DNA of 64,000 nucleotides from contig CAWFJJ010000025.1 in the NCBI GenBank assembly GCA_963816185.1, positions 384,001 through 448,000 on the forward strand, read 5' to 3'. The DNA comes from Thermoanaerobaculia bacterium. GTDB lineage: Bacteria; Acidobacteriota; Thermoanaerobaculia; UBA5066. Made by a program: the position numbers and the translations under genes. Positions 57,889-64,000 of this stretch are shown piece by piece; positions within the stretch are counted from its first letter, which is position 1; every line of letters starts with the position of its first letter. The notes below the pieces were generated by a model. That model made no database searches. It had not been told where the DNA came from and saw nothing but the letters and a program-made list of their open reading frames with translations.

Positions 57889-59364
57889 TCAGGCCCCGGC
57901 TTTTTTCAAGGCGCTGGCCGCTTCTGACGCTGTTTCGCTGGGCGTCGGGACGGGCTGGGGAGCGGGCTCAGCCGGCGTTTTTCCCGGGGAAGCGGGCGGA
58001 GCGATGGTAGGTGTTGCCGTGTCCGTCGCGGTCGGCGTCGGCGTGATGGTCGCGGTCGGTGTGTCGGTCGGCGTCGGCGGAAACTCGAGCGGCTTGAGCC
58101 CGCTGAGGGCCTCCGGAGTACGGAACGACGGCTCGATCGGCTGGCGTGCGGGCTGCGGAGAAGGACGAGGCGTCGCCTTCGTCTGCGCGCTTCGCTCGGG
58201 AGCCTCCGTCCCCGTCGGCGAAGGTGAAGGAGCCGCGGGAAGCGGCGTCGCGGTCAGAGCCGGCGCTGCGGAGCTCGGAGCGGCCATTGCCGGCGCCGCC
58301 GGCGTGGGAGGAACGGCGGCGGGCAGGCTCGGCGTCGCTGAAGGCCGCCGCAGAAAGATGCCGACCGCGACGACGACGGCGAGCAGCGCGAGCGTCGCGA
58401 GGCTGAAGGCGACGGCGCGCCGGCTCGCGCGCGGCCGGGGCGCGGGCTCGGCGGGAGGCTCCGAGGCCGCACCCGCAACGAGCATTTCATCGTCGGTGCG
58501 GGGTGACGGGGGCGGCCCGGCTCCGACCGGCTGCTCGGCCTTGCCGAGCCCGAGCCGGGCCGGCGTCCCGCGCGAAAGAAGCGCGACGGAAATGTTGTCC
58601 TTCGAGCCTGCCTCGAACGCGAGGCGATGAATCTCGACGGCGGCTTCCTGGAGTGTGCCGGTCGTCTCGAGAGCCGTGAGAAAGCGCTCGGCCTCGAGGA
58701 CGTCGGTGACGCCGTCGGTCGTGAGGATGACGACGTCGCCGGGGCCGAGCTTCACGTCGCTTCGCACGTCGGGGACGACCTTCTTCTCCTGGCCGAGGCT
58801 CCGGGTGAGGGCGTGCGCGAATGGATTGCTGGCGTCGTCCTCGGGGGCGACCGAGTCGGAGCCGAGGGCTCGCCGCTGCTCGGCGAGAGCCGTGTGGTCC
58901 ACCGAGAGCTGCCGGACGCTCAGGCCCCTGACCAGGAAAATCCTGCTGTCGCCGACGTTGGCCACGAAGAGGCGGTCGTCCGCGATCACCATCGCGAACG
59001 CGAGCGTCGCGCCCATCCCCTTCCGCTCGGCCGAGGCCTTCCCGCTCTGGTAGATCTCCCGGTTGACCTCGGCGATCCACTCGCGGATTTCCGCCTCGAT
59101 CGCCGCGGGCGGCAGAGAGGAAACGTCGGGCCGCGCCGCGAACGCCTGGACCTTCCCCTTGAGGATCTCCACGGTGAGACGCGAGGCGACCTCTCCGGCA
59201 TTGTGTCCGCCCATGCCGTCGCTGAGGACGGCAAATGCCCTGAGAGCGGACGACGGTGGGAGGACCGCGAGAATCGCGGCATCCTCGTTCGACTCCCGGC
59301 GCCCCTTCTCGGAAAGACCGCCGGCGAGGTATCGGGGCGGGAGAGAGCCCGCTTCGGCGTCCAC
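57889..59364 (-). CDS. PP2C-family Ser/Thr phosphatase with TM and Pro/Thr-rich tail
   Basis: RESNED, SDGMGGH, NVGDSR, LTRSLG, TTDG, DNIS. Confidence 0.92.
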   Translation of the reverse strand: MDAEAGSLPPRYLAGGLSEKGRRESNEDAAILAVLPPSSALRAFAVLSDGMGGHNAGEVASRLTVEILKGKVQAFAARPDVSSLPPAAIEAEIREWIAEVNREIYQSGKASAERKGMGATLAFAMVIADDRLFVANVGDSRIFLVRGLSVRQLSVDHTALAEQRRALGSDSVAPEDDASNPFAHALTRSLGQEKKVVPDVRSDVKLGPGDVVILTTDGVTDVLEAERFLTALETTGTLQEAAVEIHRLAFEAGSKDNISVALLSRGTPARLGLGKAEQPVGAGPPPSPRTDDEMLVAGAASEPPAEPAPRPRASRRAVAFSLATLALLAVVVAVGIFLRRPSATPSLPAAVPPTPAAPAMAAPSSAAPALTATPLPAAPSPSPTGTEAPERSAQTKATPRPSPQPARQPIEPSFRTPEALSGLKPLEFPPTPTDTPTATITPTPTATDTATPTIAPPASPGKTPAEPAPQPVPTPSETASEAASALKKAGA

Positions 59365-59373
59365 CCTTGTTCC

Positions 59374-60207
59374 TCAGTCCTCGCGATAGGTCATGACGAC
59401 TTCGCCGATCTCGATGCGGTCGTTGTCGACGAGGCGCCGCGAGGCGTTTTCCTCGATCTCCTCGCCGTTGACGCTCGTCGGGTTCGTCCGAGCGTAATTG
59501 ATGAGGGAATAGCTCCGCTTGTCGTAGACGAGCTTCGCGTGCTTTCCGGAAACGGAGGCCGGGAGAAGCTGGATGTGGCGGTACGGCGGGCCGGGGTCGC
59601 GGCCGATCGTCGTCTCGACGCGCTCGCCGGGGACAGTCCGGAAAATCCGGAGCTCGGTTTGTCGGTCGCCTTCGTCGATGAGAAACCGTCCCGGCAGGAC
59701 GTCCAGGACGCCAGCCGGAGGCTGCCCGGCATGGACGACGCCGCCGTTCGTCCATCCGGCAGGCGCAGGCCCTTCGGGAATCGGCAGTGGCGCTGCGGAA
59801 CGCGAGGGGACGTTGATGACGACGGGCTTCTTCAAGAGCACGGTGAGCACAACGACGAGCGTCGCGACGAGCACGAGGACTCCGATGCCGAGCAGGATCA
59901 GAACGTTCGACGGCAGGCCGCCGGGCGCTTCGGAAGCGGCGCGCTCCGCCGGGGTGCGGACGGGGACGGGCGTGGACGAGGGCAATGCCGGCGGCTGCGT
60001 GACGGCGACCTCCGGCGTGAGCGACGGCGCCGCCGGCGCCTGCGTGACGGTGGGGGCGGGTGTGGTCGTTTCGCCCGCAGCCGGCAGCGGCGGCAGTGGC
60101 GGAAGCGTGGGGATCGGCGTCTGGGCGCGGGCCCCGGTCGCACTCAGGATGGCGGCGACGGCCGCCGCGAAGAGAGCACTCTTGGCGAGGTTGCGCCCGT
60201 TTTGCAT
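59374..60207 (-). CDS. Membrane-anchored FHA domain protein
   Basis: Signal peptide, Pro-rich region, TM, then IGR..VSGKHA..TNPTSVNG..DRIEIG. Confidence 0.85.
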   Translation of the reverse strand: MQNGRNLAKSALFAAAVAAILSATGARAQTPIPTLPPLPPLPAAGETTTPAPTVTQAPAAPSLTPEVAVTQPPALPSSTPVPVRTPAERAASEAPGGLPSNVLILLGIGVLVLVATLVVVLTVLLKKPVVINVPSRSAAPLPIPEGPAPAGWTNGGVVHAGQPPAGVLDVLPGRFLIDEGDRQTELRIFRTVPGERVETTIGRDPGPPYRHIQLLPASVSGKHAKLVYDKRSYSLINYARTNPTSVNGEEIEENASRRLVDNDRIEIGEVVMTYRED

Positions 60208-60310
60208 TCGTCTTCCCTCGACTCTTAGGTCAGCCCGTTTTCGCAGAGGATAGCCGTGCCGGAAGGTTGCCGTCGACCGGCGTGACAGACGGTAAAGCTG
60301 TCCGATCGTC

Positions 60311-61123
60311 TCATGCCGGTTTGGAGGACGGAAGCCGGAAGCTCAGGAAGTACTCCGGGTCCGGGCGCCTTTCGGGGAACAGCGACAGACCGAGCCGGAC
60401 CAGCTCCCTCGGCACGTCGGGCTCGGCGGAAAGTCGTGGGGGGAAAGGAAGGGCCGACAGGGCGACGGTCTTCTCGGCCTCCTCGAACGGCAAGTCTCCG
60501 GCGACATTGCCCTCCAAAAGCACGTGGATCTGCGCCGCGAGCCGGTAGGCGAGCGCGGAACGGTGCGAATACTCCTTAGAGCCGGCGCGGATCTCCGGCG
60601 GCAGGAAAGGCGCGCCCTCTTCGACGGCCTCGAGTCCTGCGAGACCGCTTGCGCCGTCGCCGCGTTGCGGCTCGCAGAGGTACTCGTTGACGGACAGGTG
60701 CCGCGCCTCGAGACGCGCCCCCTCGCGCAGACGTTGCAGCTCGTGGAGAGGGAGGTGAACGCCGGCGAAGCCGCACTCGAGAGCCGCGATCTGTACCTCG
60801 GCGAGAGCCGTCATCGCGCCGCGCCGCGTGCGGTGCCCGCCGCCCGCGACCGGCTCGGAAATCTGGAACGCTATGAACGACCGCCCGGCCACCTCGGTCG
60901 ACCCGTAGTCAAGGACGAGCGGAACGAGCGGATGGTCGAAGTGAGCCGTGGCGGTGTAAATCGCATCCACGGACATCGCCGCGTGAACCGACGACGCGTC
61001 GAAGCCGTCGACGCGGATCCACGCCGCGACGGCGTCCGTTTCGCGAACCGCGCGGTACCGGAGAGGGATTCCCGTCTGCTCGGGGCCCTCGAGCAGCCGG
61101 TATCCCGGAATCCACGAAGGCAT
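60311..61123 (-). CDS. Pseudokinase (degenerate Hanks kinase fold)
   Basis: IPGYRLLE, YRA, HPLVPLVLDYG, FLPPE, PERRP; no Gly-loop, HRD or DFG. Confidence 0.6.
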   Translation of the reverse strand: MPSWIPGYRLLEGPEQTGIPLRYRAVRETDAVAAWIRVDGFDASSVHAAMSVDAIYTATAHFDHPLVPLVLDYGSTEVAGRSFIAFQISEPVAGGGHRTRRGAMTALAEVQIAALECGFAGVHLPLHELQRLREGARLEARHLSVNEYLCEPQRGDGASGLAGLEAVEEGAPFLPPEIRAGSKEYSHRSALAYRLAAQIHVLLEGNVAGDLPFEEAEKTVALSALPFPPRLSAEPDVPRELVRLGLSLFPERRPDPEYFLSFRLPSSKPA

Positions 61124-61204
61124 CGTTCCCGGAATCTTAGGCCGATTTCTGTTGCTTCCCGCCGAAGGCGGCGCTACACGTTCGGACGGAGAGGCCGGCA
61201 TTCC

Positions 61205-61951
61205 ATGGACCAGGTGAAAGTCCGCGTCGGAATGAAAGTCTGGGAAGACGAGGTCGTGATGGAGATGACCCTCCCCGCGGCGCCCGTACGGCTGGAGTCG
61301 CTCTTGCCGGCATTTCAGAAGGTCGCAGACAGCTTGGTCGGCCTCGCCGTGGAACGTGTCGGCGCCCAGGGACGGGTCGTCTCGTGCAAGAAAGGGTGTG
61401 CCGCGTGCTGCCGCCCGATCGTCCCGATCTCCGAGGTCGAGGCGCGGCGCATCGGACGGCTCGTGGAAGAGCTTCCCGAGCCGCGACGCACGGAGGTCCG
61501 CGCCCGCTTCGCGCGGGCCCGCGAGCGCCTTGCCGAGGCGGGCCTTCTCTCGAAGCTCGAGAACACTCAGAGCTTCCTCGAGAGCGAGATCGTCTCGTTC
61601 GGCCTCGCCTACTTTCGTCTCGGCATCCCTTGTCCATTTCTCGAAGAGGAGGCCTGCACCATTTACGCGGACCGGCCGATCGTCTGCCGTGAGTACCTCG
61701 TCACCTCGCCGGCCGCGAACTGCGCCGACCCGAAGCCCGGAACCATCGAAAAGGTGGAGCTGCCGGGGAAGGTCTGGACGGCGCTCGCGCGGGCGGGCTC
61801 GACCGGCCCATCCGCGCGCTTCATCCCGTGGGTCCCGCTCATCCTCGCTCCGGAGTGGGCGTCGGCACATCCCGACGCGTCCGAGCCCCGCCCCGTGGAG
61901 GACGTATTCCGGGGCGTCTTCGAGGAGCTGGCGGGTCGAAAGGGCGGCTAA
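61205..61951 (+). CDS. YkgJ family cysteine cluster protein
   Basis: SCKKGCAACC...CPFLEEEACTIYADRPIVCR. Confidence 0.88.
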   Translation: MDQVKVRVGMKVWEDEVVMEMTLPAAPVRLESLLPAFQKVADSLVGLAVERVGAQGRVVSCKKGCAACCRPIVPISEVEARRIGRLVEELPEPRRTEVRARFARARERLAEAGLLSKLENTQSFLESEIVSFGLAYFRLGIPCPFLEEEACTIYADRPIVCREYLVTSPAANCADPKPGTIEKVELPGKVWTALARAGSTGPSARFIPWVPLILAPEWASAHPDASEPRPVEDVFRGVFEELAGRKGG

Positions 61952-62066
61952 GAGCGCTTCGAGCGGGGCGGACGAACCCCATGGATTACAATTCAACAGA
62001 TTCAGACGATTTGAGCGCTCCGTCGCGCCGCCGCTGGCGAGCCGGAGGTCCGGAAGGAGAAGGCAT

Positions 62067-63095
62067 CTGGCTCGGAAACGTGAAACCGGGTCGGCCCCCA
62101 AGGAGGACCGCAAGGCCCCGGCGGCGCCGAAAGCCGCCGTCCTGCAGCTTCCCGTCGAGCCGCCCGTCACACTCGCCCGACTGCGACACTACCGGAAACT
62201 CACGAAATCCGTGTCGGTGCACCTGCGCGCCCAGCTCGAGACGATTCTCGAGACACTGACTCCGCTCTTCCACGCCGAGACCGTCTTCGGCGACTACGTG
62301 CAGAAGAGCATCCTGTCGATGAAGCCGGAGGTCGAGAAGGGCCCGCCCGCCCAGCTCGGCCCCGACAGGTGGGGCCGCGGGTCGGAGCTGGCCGTCAAGC
62401 GACAGGCCGCTGCCCCGCCGACGGCGAAGGAGCTGGAGGATGCGCGGAAGTACGCGAAAGCGAACATCTCCCTGAGGGAGGCAGTGAAGGGAGCCGATCG
62501 CGCTTTCCATGACCTCGAGAGCCTCTACGACACGATTGCGAAGAAGAAGCCCTACGATCTCGGCATCGGGCTGACCCCTCCTCTCCCCATCAACACCTCG
62601 GCTCTCGAGATCTCCCCGTTTGACTATCCCTTTGTCGTGCGTTCGGAACGGCAGAACAAGCGTGTGATGGTCACGGCCCCTCTGACGTGGATCGTGACGT
62701 ACGCGGGGTTCTCTCTCGCTCGCCTTCGAGCCCTCATCCGGGACCCGAACCGCTCGCGAGACGAGCTTCAGCGCGTTCTGACGCACCATCTCCTGCTGCA
62801 CGTCGTTCTGGAGCGCAAGAGCGGGCTTGCCGGCCTCCTCAAGGCGCTGAACTTTCCCGCGAAGACCGAGACGGTGCCGGAGTTCGGCGACCTGCCCCTG
62901 ACGGTCATCACGTCGGCCGTGAAGACCGAACGCCCCCCCGACGACGTCATCCTGGAAAGCACCGACCTCTCGGGCGTGGACTCGACGGAGGAGATCGTGC
63001 GCGTGACGAACGTCGCCGAAATGGTGGACTCCCGCCGCGCGCGACTGCTCGAAATCGTCGAGGCCGAGGAGACCGGAGCAACCGGAGACGCTTGA
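62067..63095 (+). CDS. Hypothetical protein, paralogue of 63130-63906
   Basis: Aligns by eye with the next gene; start uncertain (CTG after AAGGAG). Confidence 0.65.
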   Translation: MARKRETGSAPKEDRKAPAAPKAAVLQLPVEPPVTLARLRHYRKLTKSVSVHLRAQLETILETLTPLFHAETVFGDYVQKSILSMKPEVEKGPPAQLGPDRWGRGSELAVKRQAAAPPTAKELEDARKYAKANISLREAVKGADRAFHDLESLYDTIAKKKPYDLGIGLTPPLPINTSALEISPFDYPFVVRSERQNKRVMVTAPLTWIVTYAGFSLARLRALIRDPNRSRDELQRVLTHHLLLHVVLERKSGLAGLLKALNFPAKTETVPEFGDLPLTVITSAVKTERPPDDVILESTDLSGVDSTEEIVRVTNVAEMVDSRRARLLEIVEAEETGATGDA

Positions 63096-63129
63096 GGCGC
63101 CCCGCGACCGAACGGAGGATTCAGCTCAG

Positions 63130-63906
63130 ATGGACGAAGGGTACGATCTCCAGAAACTCCGGTCGCTCCGGAAGCTGACGCGGGCGATCGCGGAATCGCT
63201 CCGCTCGGAGCTGAAGGAGCATCTGAGTACCGTGACGCTCCTGCTCCGCCCGCGCACAATCCTGGGCGATTTCGTCGAGGGCAGCGCCAAGGGCGAGGTC
63301 AAGGGCTCGGACACGGCATTTCGCGACCTCCGCAGCCGATACGAAACGGTTGCGGGGGGGCGGCCATACGGGCTCTCGAAGGAGCTGAGTCCCCCGATCG
63401 AGATTCTGAGCTCCAACGTCGAGCTGGTTCCTCTCGAGTATCCCTACGTCGCGAAGTCGGGCTCGGAAACCAAGACTGTCACCGTGACGCAGCCGCTCAA
63501 GTGGCTCATCACGTACTCGGGGCTCGCGCCGACTCGCCTGCGGGACTTGATGGCCGCGAAGATTCCCGACGCCTCACAGGTCAAGAATGTGATCCTGCAC
63601 GCGCTCGTGCTGGACACCGTGCTCACGAAGCAGCCGGGGCTTCTCGCGGTTTTCGAGGCGCTCCGATTCCCCGTCGTGACGGAGAAGCTCCCGGGGCTCG
63701 GTGATCTCCCGGTCACGTGCATTTCCTCGAGCGTCCGCACGGTGAGGCCGCCGGACGACATCCTCATCGAGAGCACGGAAATCTCGGGTCTGAACGCGTT
63801 CGAAGAGGTCGTGAACGCCCAGGACATCGAAGAGATGCAAGACCCCTTCCGCGAGAAGCTTCTCGACGTCATCAAGGCGAACGCTCCCGAAGCGCTGAAG
63901 GGCTGA
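63130..63906 (+). CDS. Conserved-looking hypothetical protein
   Basis: GGAGG RBS; LRKLTRAI, PLKWLITYSG, RPPDDILIESTEISG. Confidence 0.75.
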   Translation: MDEGYDLQKLRSLRKLTRAIAESLRSELKEHLSTVTLLLRPRTILGDFVEGSAKGEVKGSDTAFRDLRSRYETVAGGRPYGLSKELSPPIEILSSNVELVPLEYPYVAKSGSETKTVTVTQPLKWLITYSGLAPTRLRDLMAAKIPDASQVKNVILHALVLDTVLTKQPGLLAVFEALRFPVVTEKLPGLGDLPVTCISSSVRTVRPPDDILIESTEISGLNAFEEVVNAQDIEEMQDPFREKLLDVIKANAPEALKG

Positions 63907-64000
63907 CCTCGAGCGGAGAATCGCGCTCTTCGTGGAATCGCTTCTACTCTTCGAGCAGCGCGAGCTGGCTCACGCGATCGAAGGCCAGGGCGATTCCCTT

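Noticed and set aside
58004-58330. GTCGGC-type tandem repeats
   Set aside because: Explained by the Pro/Thr/Ala-rich tail of the PP2C protein.
61981-62259. Separate small ORF MDYNSTDSDD
   Set aside because: No convincing RBS, overlaps the supported paralogue in another frame, and has no motif.

Overview
High-GC bacterial chromosomal window. Acidobacterial-type VWA proteins, many Hanks kinases and YpdA suggest Acidobacteriota, possibly Thermoanaerobaculia (inference only). Most of the window is ordinary housekeeping or envelope genes (fumC, sucCD, ndk, pepP, ptrB, rfbD, HtrA, cyclophilin, RluA, OmpA). Four accessory parts stand out. (1) ~7.6-11.2 kb is a decayed, integrase-less integron cassette array: an attI-like site, one full attC, several half attC sites and four cassette genes. 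An IS110/IS1111-family element has inserted into the L' box of one attC. Its 3' non-coding end holds a stem-closed internal loop whose two strands match the left and right flanks of the insertion site, i.e. a readable bridge/seek-RNA target guide against attC. (2) ~22.5-26.2 kb is a small module with a duplicated 52-bp sigma54-type promoter. (3) 47.8-54.0 kb holds two tandem islands in tRNA-Val(TAC), separating it from tRNA-Asp(GTC). One is a decayed phage-satellite-like element (truncated tyrosine integrase, truncated serine recombinase, TerS-like, AlpA, AAA helicase with internal iterons, structured leader RNA); the other is a one-gene remnant. (4) 54-64 kb is a kinase/pseudokinase/PP2C/FHA signalling cluster followed by two tandem paralogues of unknown function. 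A ~225-bp covarying palindrome, an in-frame palindromic insertion in a frameshifted methyltransferase and a perfect CRP-type site were also seen. All calls were made by eye from motifs; no searches were run.
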